From the sequence record MT774388.1: DNA of 40,000 bases. One strand, 5' to 3'. Positions 26,848-35,538 of the stretch are shown piece after piece. The DNA is from an uncultured phage cr112_1. The notes below the pieces were generated by a model. It made no database searches and was not told the origin of the DNA. It saw only the letters and a list, made by a program, of their open reading frames with translations. Within the stretch, counting starts at the first letter, position 1. Each line of letters opens with the position of its first letter. Position numbers and translations under genes: made by a program.

Positions 26848-28272
26848 ATGGGAAAGTTAAATCCATTAGTGAAACCAACTTCAAAGTTGGATACAGAAAG
26901 ACTGGCTGGGGGTTCAGGTGCATTGGCAGCTAAACAGAGTGATGTAGCATTATTGAGGAGAGCTGTATTAGCTAATCTTCTTTGGGAAGATGTTGCATAT
27001 ATGGATGGTAAGAAGGTAGCAGAAGAAATCAAAAGGTTAATACCCTTGTGTCCTGCCATTGATGTGTATAATATTGCCCTTGAAGCAAGATTAATGCAGA
27101 AGCTGAGACATACACCCCTGTTTATAGCAGTGGAAATGTGTAAATATCCTGAACATAAACTATTTGTGGCTGACTTGTTACCTAAGATTATTACAAGGGC
27201 TGATATGCTTACAGATTTCTTGGCATTATATTGGAAGGATGGTAAAAAGCCCATCTGTAACCAAGCTAAGAAAGGATTAAGTGCTGCCTTTCATAATTTC
27301 AATGAATACAAGCTGGCTAAATATGACAGGGATGCAGCCATTAAGCTGAGAGATGTTATGTTCTTGTGCAGACCTAAGCCAAACAATGATTATGAAACCA
27401 AGTTATTCAAAAAAGTAGCTGACAGAACTCTTACACCCCCTGAAACATGGGAAGTGTTATTGTCTGCTGGTGAAGACAGGAAAGAAACTTGGACTAAGTT
27501 AATCTTTGAGAATAAGATTGGTGGTCTGGCTATGTTGAGAAACATAAATAACATGAAGAAAGCAGATGTTGATAGGAGAGTTATTGTTGAGGGATTGACA
27601 AGACTCAAATCATCAATGTTATTGCCTCTTGACTTCTTAAAGGCTGAAAGAATGAACCCTGAGTTCAGCAGAGATATTGAAGATGCTATGTTGGAATCAT
27701 ATAAGAATCTACCTAAACTTCCGGGTAAAACCTTGTTTATAGTAGATGTTAGTGGTTCTATGGGTAGTCTTACTTCTGGTAGGTCACAGTTCAATAGAAT
27801 GGACCAAGCATGTGCAATGGCTATGTTAGCTATTAATCAATGTGAGGACTATGAACTTGTGGCTACAGCAGGTACAGATGCCCTAAGAAAGCAAGCATCT
27901 GAACATATCAAATATCCCCAAAAGGGATTTGGTGTATTCAAGCAAATCATGGACACAAGAAATAATATTGGTGGTGGAGGCATATTCACCAAACAATGTT
28001 TAGACTGGTGTAAAGCCAAGTTTAAAGATGTCCACTTTGATAGAATCATCATTTTCTCAGATTCACAGGATATGGATTATTACTATGATAAAACTATCCT
28101 TCCTGAGCCTTTTGGTACTTACAATTACATTTGTGATGTATCTACCAATATAAAGGGGGTGAATTATAGGGGTAGATGGACTGCTGAGATTTCAGGTTGG
28201 AGCGAGAAATTCCTTACATACATAGCTGCATTAGAGGGAGTTGAAAATAAATTTGAAGAAGATAATGCTTAA
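26848..28272 (+). CDS. rsr: Ro60/TROVE-domain protein with C-terminal VWA domain
   Basis: 474 aa; helical-repeat N-terminus (QAKKGLSAAFHNFNEYKLAKYDRDAAIKLRDVMFLCRPKP) and MIDAS FIVDVSGSMGS, TDALRK, IIIFSDSQD. Confidence 0.85.
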   Translation: MGKLNPLVKPTSKLDTERLAGGSGALAAKQSDVALLRRAVLANLLWEDVAYMDGKKVAEEIKRLIPLCPAIDVYNIALEARLMQKLRHTPLFIAVEMCKYPEHKLFVADLLPKIITRADMLTDFLALYWKDGKKPICNQAKKGLSAAFHNFNEYKLAKYDRDAAIKLRDVMFLCRPKPNNDYETKLFKKVADRTLTPPETWEVLLSAGEDRKETWTKLIFENKIGGLAMLRNINNMKKADVDRRVIVEGLTRLKSSMLLPLDFLKAERMNPEFSRDIEDAMLESYKNLPKLPGKTLFIVDVSGSMGSLTSGRSQFNRMDQACAMAMLAINQCEDYELVATAGTDALRKQASEHIKYPQKGFGVFKQIMDTRNNIGGGGIFTKQCLDWCKAKFKDVHFDRIIIFSDSQDMDYYYDKTILPEPFGTYNYICDVSTNIKGVNYRGRWTAEISGWSEKFLTYIAALEGVENKFEEDNA

Positions 28273-28777
28273 GATTTGTAAAGTTTGTGGTCAGTATAAA
28301 GAAGAATCTGAGTTTCCTATACATTCAGCAGGTAGATTAAGGTCTACCTGTAAGGAGTGTTGGAATAAGCAGAATAGAGAGAAGAGAAATCCAGAGAAAG
28401 AGAGACAAAGAGGAAAGGAATATTATCAAAAGAACAAAGCAAGAGTTATTGAAAGAACTAAGCAATGGGCTAAAGATAATCCTGAGAAGAGGAGAGAAAT
28501 AGTAAGAGAAATGAGGAATAGAAGATACCAAGAATTTCTTAAACTAAAAGAGAGTTTGTCTTGTATTATCTGTGGTGAGTCTGACCCAGCTTGCATAGAT
28601 TTTCATCACTTAGATGAAAATCAAAAGGAATATCAGATTTCAGATTTAGTTATGAGCAGAGAGAAGATGGTGGAAGAATTAAAGAAGTGTGTTCCAGTAT
28701 GTGCAAATTGCCATAGGAAGATACACTACTATGGTTCTGACAAATATCCTCAACTGAATAGGTTTGAGGAACAGTAA
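28265..28777 (+). CDS. HNH endonuclease with N-terminal zinc-binding region
   Basis: CKVCGQYKEESEFP...CKECW; CIICGESDPACIDFHHLDENQKEY...CVPVCANCHRKIHY. Confidence 0.8.
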   Translation: MLKICKVCGQYKEESEFPIHSAGRLRSTCKECWNKQNREKRNPEKERQRGKEYYQKNKARVIERTKQWAKDNPEKRREIVREMRNRRYQEFLKLKESLSCIICGESDPACIDFHHLDENQKEYQISDLVMSREKMVEELKKCVPVCANCHRKIHYYGSDKYPQLNRFEEQ

Positions 28778-29057
28778 AATATAATGTTGTATAGTGTATA
28801 ATAGACTTACTTCAAGCTAATATGGATATAGTTTACCAAACAATAGTCTGTTAGTTGTTCTTACAACATTAACTTATAATGCCATTAGTGTATTACAGAT
28901 TTACATCAATAATCTCCAAAATTATCTACGATAATCTGTTAAATGTTCTATGGCATATCTTACAAAGACATCATTAGTGAAGCAAAAGAGTTACTTCCTA
29001 ATGGTTTATATGGCAATATTACTCTTTGCACTATTCTATGATGTCTTTTATTTTTAT

Positions 29058-29199
29058 AGGGGGATAGCTCAGTTGGTAGAGCAATAGAATGCAAATTATA
29101 CTCTGTTTAAAGTTCTACAGTAATATGTTAGTGTGGAACAGAGTTACTTCAATAAGCGGGAAAATCTATAGGTCATTGGTTCAAGTCCAATTCCCTCCA
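29058..29199 (+). tRNA. tRNA-Cys (GCA) interrupted by about 69 nt after the anticodon loop
   Basis: GGGGGA acceptor, D-arm GCTC-AGTTGGTA-GAGC, ATAGA-ATGCAAA ... TCTAT, T-arm ATTGG-TTCAAGT-CCAAT; insert 29096-29164. Confidence 0.7.
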
Positions 29200-29213
29200 C
29201 AATTAAAACAAAT

Positions 29214-29351
29214 GGGGATGTGGTGAAATAAAGCAAGTTTATCCTCTTATGAGTGTTCTCCCGAAGGGGTAGTGTATTATAAGAGTTACTTCAAGGTTTA
29301 CACAATTGTCAGTAAAACAATCAAATGTTAGTTCGAGTCTAACCATCCCCA
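29214..29351 (+). tRNA. tRNA-like gene (GTA in loop) with about 65 nt inserted in the D-loop
   Basis: Acceptor GGGGATG/CATCCCC, D-stem GTG/CAC, ATTGT-CAGTAAA-ACAAT, T-arm GTTAG-TTCGAGT-CTAAC. Confidence 0.65.
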
Positions 29352-29497
29352 CACAAAGATTAGTGATATACAACACTTACTTCAATATTATACATAAATT
29401 AGAGTAAATTAAAGTAAGAAAGGAGTAGATTTTTTTAATCAACTTTATGTCCTTAGGGGCAACAATTTAAAAGGTGTTGTAGAATATTCTATCTTTT

Positions 29498-29540
29498 AAA
29501 GGCTATCAGTTTTATTACTGGTAGCCTTTTCTTTTTATGC
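29498..29540 (+). terminator. Rho-independent terminator
   Basis: AAAGGCTAtCAG...CTGgTAGCCTTTT then CTTTTT. Confidence 0.8.
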
Positions 29541-29585
29541 ACATTCTTGTGATAATTAAGATATGTTTTACTAAAAAAAAAAACA

Positions 29586-29975
29586 ATGAAAAATGAAAAG
29601 AGTGGAGCTGAGAGCTTCGCAGAAAACATGAGAAAAAAATTAGGTATTTACAAACCACTTCCTAAAGAAGTAATGGATGATTTGAGGGAAGGTGTAATTG
29701 ACATTGGTAAAAAGACAGGTGATACCAATGCAGAAGATGTGTTGGATAACTGCCTAATTGAATTGGGCAAACTAAAAGACAACCAGAGTAAGGCTATTGT
29801 AATTACTTATCTACTTGGTACTCTGCCTATGGACTTGCAGAAATTCATTGCAGACCAACAGCAAAAGATTGTTATTGGTATTACAGCTAAGAATTTGGCA
29901 GGGGAAGGTCCAGAAGCCATGTTGGGTATGCTTCTTATGGGAGCTATGCTTAGGGATGAAGATTCAGATGAATAA
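29586..29975 (+). CDS. Hypothetical protein
   Basis: 129-aa ORF after terminator. Confidence 0.65.
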   Translation: MKNEKSGAESFAENMRKKLGIYKPLPKEVMDDLREGVIDIGKKTGDTNAEDVLDNCLIELGKLKDNQSKAIVITYLLGTLPMDLQKFIADQQQKIVIGITAKNLAGEGPEAMLGMLLMGAMLRDEDSDE

Positions 29976-30049
29976 TGAAATCAGTCCCTTGTAAGTTTGG
30001 AAGTTTAAAATATTATTCTTACCTTTGTAGAAATTTAAAATAAAATAGT

Positions 30050-30622
30050 ATGCAAATAGAAGAAGTATGGAAAGATATTCCTGATTATGAGGGGTTGTAT
30101 CAGATTAGTAATTTAGGTAGAGTTAAATCTCTCCCAAGAAAATGGTCTCCAAAAGAAACTATTTTAAAAGCTGAGGGTAAATCAGAAGAGTATCTTCATG
30201 TTAGTTTATGGAAAAACAGAGTAAGTTATCATTTGTATATACACAAATGTGTGGCTCAGTTATTTGTACCTAATCCTAATAATTACACCTATGTTAATCA
30301 TAAAGATGAGAATAAAAGAAATAATACTTATTCAAACCTTGAATGGTGTACATTTGAGTATAATATGAATTATGGTACAAGGAATGAGAGAATTGGTTCA
30401 AAATTGACTAACAGAAAAGATAAATCTAAACCAGTTTTACAAAAGGATTTGAATGGGAATATTATTTCTGAGTACAAATCTCTAAGTGAAGCTCATAGAG
30501 TTACAGGATTTAGTCTGATGGGAATTAAGATAGCTTGTGATGGAGGTTATTTTGATAAGAGAGATAATAAATTCTATCCTATTACTACTTGTAAAGGTTT
30601 CAAATTTGAGTATAAAGAATGA
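30050..30622 (+). CDS. NUMOD4/HNH homing-type endonuclease
   Basis: EEVWKDIPDYEGLYQISNLGRVKS...; YVNHKDENKRNNTYSNLEWCT. Confidence 0.88.
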   Translation: MQIEEVWKDIPDYEGLYQISNLGRVKSLPRKWSPKETILKAEGKSEEYLHVSLWKNRVSYHLYIHKCVAQLFVPNPNNYTYVNHKDENKRNNTYSNLEWCTFEYNMNYGTRNERIGSKLTNRKDKSKPVLQKDLNGNIISEYKSLSEAHRVTGFSLMGIKIACDGGYFDKRDNKFYPITTCKGFKFEYKE

Positions 30623-30996
30623 ATGAGATTAAGGTAAGCCTATCCATAACTCTTCAAGGAGGGGTTATGTATAGCCAAGAGCAGGCTAAAGCTCTTGAGA
30701 AAGAAAAAGTAGGCACAGGTTATGACACTTTCAATATGAGAGTAGAAAGTCTTAAGGATGGTAAGAAAGATGCTGAAACCATTACTGTAAAGACCAGAAA
30801 GTGTAAGCCTGCTGGTCAATCACTCAATCTTAGTATGGATGCTTATGACTACATGACAGGAAAAGAAGCTCCTTACTTTGTGAAAGCAAGAGATTGGGAG
30901 AGACTTACTAAGAAACAGAGGCTTGAAGCACATCTTAAAAGGATTGTGGAAGAGCTTGGTGGAGTGAGTTTCACCTATGCTGTATTGGATAATTAA
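30619..30996 (+). CDS. Hypothetical protein
   Basis: 125-aa ORF. Confidence 0.65.
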   Translation: MNEIKVSLSITLQGGVMYSQEQAKALEKEKVGTGYDTFNMRVESLKDGKKDAETITVKTRKCKPAGQSLNLSMDAYDYMTGKEAPYFVKARDWERLTKKQRLEAHLKRIVEELGGVSFTYAVLDN

Positions 30997-31017
30997 ATCA
31001 TTTATAGTGTAGGTAGT

Positions 31018-31188
31018 ATGTTATTTGTATCAATTATAGTAGGATTATTGGGTATTGTCTTGCTAATAAAGACTTTTGTTAGATACCACCCTTATTTTGA
31101 TTTAGTCACAAGCTATAACAAGTATATACTATTGCTATGGTATGATAAGGATGGTGGAAGAACTTACATAAAACTATTGGAAATATGA
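31018..31188 (+). CDS. Small membrane-anchored protein (MLFVSIIVGLLGIVLLIKTFVRYHPYFD...)
   Basis: 56-aa ORF by direct translation, overlaps next start. Confidence 0.45.
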   Translation: MLFVSIIVGLLGIVLLIKTFVRYHPYFDLVTSYNKYILLLWYDKDGGRTYIKLLEI

Positions 31189-31343
31189 GTAAAGGGAGAG
31201 TTTTAACTAAGAAGAAGTGGGGGCATTGTGCCAGATATCGGAGGAAGTACAAATATAGAATCAAATTCCCAAGAGGGAAACTTAATTCATTTGAAGGAAC
31301 TCATGCACCTATAGGCTATCCTCTCTTGAATATTAAAGTATAA
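31185..31343 (+). CDS. Small basic protein MSKGRVLTKKKWGHCARYRRKYKYRIKFPRGKLNSFEG...
   Basis: 52-aa ORF by direct translation with ATGA overlap. Confidence 0.45.
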   Translation: MSKGRVLTKKKWGHCARYRRKYKYRIKFPRGKLNSFEGTHAPIGYPLLNIKV

Positions 31344-31425
31344 AGCAATTACATCACATTTGGATATTCTATTTGATAAGGTGTACTACAATGAACAGTA
31401 TTGAGCCAAATGTAAAACAAATGTT

Positions 31426-31899
31426 ATGAAACAAAGGGTATATAATATCCTTATGCTCTTACTGATTGGTGGTCTATATGGTTTATACTATATAGACCAT
31501 CAAGAGGAGCACAAGGAACCTGAAAAGGTGGATGTGTTGAGATTGGAACAACCAGAGTTCTTACTATCAGAGGCTCCTGATGATTATCTTATGGAGGCTT
31601 TAGAGTATTATAATGTTAAACATAAGAACATTGTATATGCTCAGGCTATTCTTGAGACAGGTCATTTCAGGTCTAAGGTCTGCAAGGAGTACAATAACTT
31701 ATTTGGACTCTACAATAGTTACAAAGGTGATTATTACAAGTTTGACCACTGGAGTGAGAGTGTGGTTGCCTATCTCAATTACATACAATATAGATACAAA
31801 CCCCCGGATGATTACTATCAATTTTTGATTAAAATAGGTTATGCGGAAGACCCGCAATATATAACAAAACTAAGGAATATTGTCAAGAGATATGGATAG
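31426..31899 (+). CDS. Putative glucosaminidase/lysozyme-like cell-wall hydrolase
   Basis: N-terminal TM segment then IVYAQAILETGHFRSKVCKEYNNLFGLYNSYKG...WSESVVAYLNYIQYRY. Confidence 0.7.
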   Translation: MKQRVYNILMLLLIGGLYGLYYIDHQEEHKEPEKVDVLRLEQPEFLLSEAPDDYLMEALEYYNVKHKNIVYAQAILETGHFRSKVCKEYNNLFGLYNSYKGDYYKFDHWSESVVAYLNYIQYRYKPPDDYYQFLIKIGYAEDPQYITKLRNIVKRYG

Positions 31900-32042
31900 A
31901 AAACAGGCTCAGGAAGAGATAATGAATATAAAGAGTAATGCTATACTCTGTGAGTTACCTACTTCTTAATAATACACTTATATTATTGTGTAATCCATTT
32001 AATTATTCTATATTTGTAGAAAATTGGAATATATAAAAAAAA

Positions 32043-32705
32043 ATGGAGAAGAAACAAAGTAAAGTATCAGGAGTGTATTGTATTCTTAATATTCTCAATA
32101 ATAAAAAGTATATTGGAAGTAGTAAGAATATTTATAGTAGATGGTTTAAACATAGGGCTAATTTAAGAGGAAATTATCATCCTAATTCCTATTTGCAAAA
32201 TGCTTGGAATAAGTATGGTGAAGAGAACTTTCATTTCCTTATACTAACTAAATGTTCTGAGGAATCACTTTTAGAGATGGAACAAAGTTACATTGATAAA
32301 ATGAAACCAGAATATAACATTATGCTTGAAGCTAAGAGAACTAAGGTTACTAATGTTATAAGAGAGCATATAAGTATAGGAGTAAGGAAAGCTATAGAAG
32401 AAGGTAGAATGCCTCTTAATCCTATGATTGGGAAGAAAATGACTAAAGAACATCTTGCTAAATTACCTCAGAATCAAAAGGGATATAAATGCCCTAAGAG
32501 GCAAAAAGGTGTATATGTTTATGACTTGGAAATGAACTTAGTTAAAACATTTAATACCTTAAAAGAAGCAGGAGAGTTTATAGGAGTTTCTTTTCAAATA
32601 ATTAGCAATACTATATTAAGAAGCAAAACTCATAGATGTAAAGATTATTATTTATTTAGAGAAGAACAAAATGGACAGAACAGAAATTCAGAAGGAAATT
32701 CTTGA
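32043..32705 (+). CDS. GIY-YIG endonuclease
   Basis: SGVYCILNILNNKKYIGSSKNIYSRWFKH. Confidence 0.88.
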   Translation: MEKKQSKVSGVYCILNILNNKKYIGSSKNIYSRWFKHRANLRGNYHPNSYLQNAWNKYGEENFHFLILTKCSEESLLEMEQSYIDKMKPEYNIMLEAKRTKVTNVIREHISIGVRKAIEEGRMPLNPMIGKKMTKEHLAKLPQNQKGYKCPKRQKGVYVYDLEMNLVKTFNTLKEAGEFIGVSFQIISNTILRSKTHRCKDYYLFREEQNGQNRNSEGNS

Positions 32706-33846
32706 GATTAAATCTCAAAGTATTCTTCTTCAATTGCCTACTTCCTTTGGTAAGTCAAAGATAGGAATTGATTTAGCTTTAAGGGATACACCTAAAAGTA
32801 TCCTTATAGTAGTACCCAGATTAGTGCTTATAAACAACTGGAAAGAGGAGTTTATTAAGTGGGGATTTGAGAACTTGCTTGAGATATTGCAATTCAGTAC
32901 TTATGTTGGGTTGAATAAACATGTAGAGGAAGAATGGGATTGTGTAATCTTTGACGAAGTACAGCACATGTCAGAAAGATGCAGGGAATTTGTATCTACT
33001 ATGACTATATATCATTCTATCATGCTTTCAGCTACAGTTACCAGAGATATGAAGTGGGAACTAAGTCAGTTGTTTCCTGATTTTCAGTGTTATACAGTGA
33101 AGATGAAGGAAGCTATAGACAATGAAATTCTTCCTGACCCTAAAGTATTTCTAATCCCTCTTGAACTGGATAATACACATGCTGTACATACTATGATTGA
33201 ACATCCTAAGGCTAAGATTGTCAAGGAATGTCTATATAAAGACAGATGGCAGTATCTTAAGGATAAATCTATTCAAGTGCATATTAAGTGCACTGAGTTA
33301 CAGTATGTGATAGAGTTAGGAAGCAAGATAGAGTTCTGGAAAAGACAGTATATGAGAACAAGAAATGAAGGAGTAAAGACAAAGTGGTTATTCCTTGCAG
33401 GTCAAAGGCTCAAATTTCTTTCCCAATTAAAGAACCCTATTATCTTATCTCTTCTGGAGAAGCTGAAATCAGAAAGGGTACTTACATTCTGTAGCTCTAT
33501 TGAGCAGACAGAAGTATTAGGGGAAAACTGTATTAACAGTAAAAACAAAGAATCCTCTATGGTACTTGACATGTTTAATCATAAGGAGTTGGACCACATC
33601 ACAGCATGTAATATGTTGAATGAAGGTATGAACCTTGTAGATTGCAGAGTTGGTTTATATGCTAATCTGAACAGTAGTGATATTATCATCAAACAAAGAT
33701 TGGGTAGAATACTCAGGCACAAAGACCCCATCATTATTATCCCATACTTTAGTGGTACAAGGGAAGAGGAGTTAGTTGAAAAGATGCTTGAGGATTATAA
33801 TCCAGAGTTGGTTGTGAAAACAAATTTAAGTGAAATAAAAGTATGA
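32671..33846 (+). CDS. SF2 (DEAD/DEAH-like) helicase
   Basis: LPTSFGKSKIG, VVPRLVLINNW, VIFDEVQHMS, MLSATVTR, QRLGRILRH. Confidence 0.9.
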   Translation: MDRTEIQKEILEIKSQSILLQLPTSFGKSKIGIDLALRDTPKSILIVVPRLVLINNWKEEFIKWGFENLLEILQFSTYVGLNKHVEEEWDCVIFDEVQHMSERCREFVSTMTIYHSIMLSATVTRDMKWELSQLFPDFQCYTVKMKEAIDNEILPDPKVFLIPLELDNTHAVHTMIEHPKAKIVKECLYKDRWQYLKDKSIQVHIKCTELQYVIELGSKIEFWKRQYMRTRNEGVKTKWLFLAGQRLKFLSQLKNPIILSLLEKLKSERVLTFCSSIEQTEVLGENCINSKNKESSMVLDMFNHKELDHITACNMLNEGMNLVDCRVGLYANLNSSDIIIKQRLGRILRHKDPIIIIPYFSGTREEELVEKMLEDYNPELVVKTNLSEIKV

Positions 33847-34244
33847 GAAACAGAGTTAAGATTACTAAAGCAAACTACATTGTAAATCCTGAAAAGAAGG
33901 TAGTAGTTTGTGTTCTGGAGTGTGATATGCAGTTGTATAAGCATCCTGCATGGGATCATATTTATTCTAATATGTGGGCTAATCTTCCACTTGTAGATAA
34001 CAGGGGCACATTCAAAGTGAGGGCTATTGCAAGATGCAATGAAGAAGATGCCTTTAATGAAGAAGCAGGTAAGAGGATTGCAGAATCCAGAGCAAAAGGT
34101 AAAGCATTTGCTACTGCTGCAAAGGTTTATAAAGAAATTGAGAAATATTTCTTGAACTGTGCTGCACTTGTGAATGAATCTGTGGAGGCTTGTGAACAGG
34201 CTGTGAAAGTTGAGAAAGCTCATGTTGAATTGCTGATTGGATAG
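33843..34244 (+). CDS. Hypothetical protein
   Basis: 133-aa ORF in replication operon. Confidence 0.65.
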   Translation: MRNRVKITKANYIVNPEKKVVVCVLECDMQLYKHPAWDHIYSNMWANLPLVDNRGTFKVRAIARCNEEDAFNEEAGKRIAESRAKGKAFATAAKVYKEIEKYFLNCAALVNESVEACEQAVKVEKAHVELLIG

Positions 34245-34854
34245 GAGTATGACAATCTCATTGAATGACAAGGTTATTAAAAAGAGTGGGGTTTCTCTTG
34301 GAGAGGTCTTACTTATGATAGCTATTCAAAACAATGTAGATTTCAATGCTGCTGAAAGTGAGTTGAAGAAAAAAGGACTTATCAGTACAAGTTATGATAG
34401 GGAAACACATCTTCCTGTAGGGTTATTTGTAACTTCTATGGGAAATAATGTGGTCAATAATATCATTCTTGATTCTGATAAGTCTGTGGGGACTGATGAC
34501 TTCAATCAAAGAATTGAAGCATTAGTACCTCAACTTCAATCCATTTATCCAGAAGGAAAGAACTTCAACAATCAGTATTGGAGAGGGAATAAAACTGACA
34601 TTAAGAGGAAGTTACAGACTTTCTTTAAGAAATATGGGAATGATTACACTGATGAACAAATCATAAATGCAACTCAAGCCTATGTTTCTGGCTTCAATGG
34701 AGAGTATAAGTTCATGAGATTGCTTCAATATTTCATTTGGAAAGAAGAGGTAAAGGATGGTACTAAAGTACCTATCTCAGAACTGGCTAACTACATTGAA
34801 AATGCAGACCAAACCAATGAAATGAGTGTTGATTGGACATCTACATTAAACTAA
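34237..34854 (+). CDS. Hypothetical protein
   Basis: 205-aa ORF in replication operon. Confidence 0.65.
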   Translation: MDRSMTISLNDKVIKKSGVSLGEVLLMIAIQNNVDFNAAESELKKKGLISTSYDRETHLPVGLFVTSMGNNVVNNIILDSDKSVGTDDFNQRIEALVPQLQSIYPEGKNFNNQYWRGNKTDIKRKLQTFFKKYGNDYTDEQIINATQAYVSGFNGEYKFMRLLQYFIWKEEVKDGTKVPISELANYIENADQTNEMSVDWTSTLN

Positions 34855-35366
34855 TAGTTATGAATTTTAAAGTTATTACAGGATACCAAGATTATCTTGT
34901 TTCTGAGTCAGGAGAAATTTTCTCTTTAAAAAGTAATAGAAACCTCAAACCCTACAAGACTACTAAAGGTTATTTACAGGTTAGACTGAATAATGGAAAA
35001 GCATTTCATGTGCATAGATTAGTTGCAGAAGCCTTCATACCCAACCCAGATAATTTGCCTCAGATAAACCATAAAAATGAGGATAAAACAGATAATAGGG
35101 TTGAGAATCTTGAGTGGTGTAACCAATCTCAAAATATGCAACATGGAACTGGTAATGAAAGGAGGTCCTATACCTTAAAAGGTAGAAAGACTACTTGGAA
35201 CTCTAAACAGGTACTTCAACTATCTTTGGATGGAGAAGAAATTAAGAGGTGGGAAAGTACAATGGAGGTTGAAAGAACTTTAGGGTATAAGAATACTAAT
35301 ATTGGAGCCTGTTGTAATGGAAAAATGAAAAGAGCTTATGGTTTTATATGGAGATATATTGAATAG
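34833..35366 (+). CDS. NUMOD4/HNH homing-type endonuclease
   Basis: FKVITGYQDYLVSESGEIFSLKS; LPQINHKNEDKTDNRVENLEWC. Confidence 0.85.
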   Translation: MDIYIKLIVMNFKVITGYQDYLVSESGEIFSLKSNRNLKPYKTTKGYLQVRLNNGKAFHVHRLVAEAFIPNPDNLPQINHKNEDKTDNRVENLEWCNQSQNMQHGTGNERRSYTLKGRKTTWNSKQVLQLSLDGEEIKRWESTMEVERTLGYKNTNIGACCNGKMKRAYGFIWRYIE

Positions 35367-35368
35367 TT

Positions 35369-35538
35369 ATGGAAGAGAAGGATTCATTTGATAGAGCACT
35401 GGAGAAGTTAATACTCCGAAGGCAGAGGATACTGGATGGCAAGATAAATTGTATTCCATTGTCTTTCCCAAGATTAAGAGTATGGCTCCCCGGAATAGAG
35501 AAAAGAAGATATAACATTATTACTGCAAATCAAAAGGT
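35369..35538 (+). CDS. Exon 1 of DnaB/RecA-like replicative ATPase (406 aa when spliced)
   Basis: Ends ...YNIITANQKV inside the P-loop; next codons after the intron restore GKSKLADYMLVYEP. Confidence 0.8.

Larger units (their letters stand above)
28792..29386 (+). repeat. Array of six TTAGTG-N(11-12)-TTACTTCAA motif copies, several with a preceding covarying hairpin
   Basis: Motif ends at 28792/28815, 28884/28907, 28975/28997, 29129/29152, 29270/29294, 29361/29385; aligned by eye. Confidence 0.7.

Noticed and set aside
26529-27254. Minus-strand 241-aa ORF
   Set aside because: Antisense to the membrane protein and the Ro-like gene; those have recognisable domains or context, so this is a shadow ORF.
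29096-29164. Insert in tRNA-Cys as a group I or group II intron
   Set aside because: Only about 69 nt, without group I core sequences or a terminal G; far below known minimal sizes.
28792-29386. TTACTTCAA repeats as a CRISPR array
   Set aside because: Spacing is irregular, repeats are short and imperfect, two lie inside tRNA genes, and no cas-like genes are visible.
34833-35366. HNH gene inside a second group I intron interrupting 34237-34854
   Set aside because: Upstream ORF ends with its own stop overlapping the HNH start, and no group I core or downstream continuation was found.
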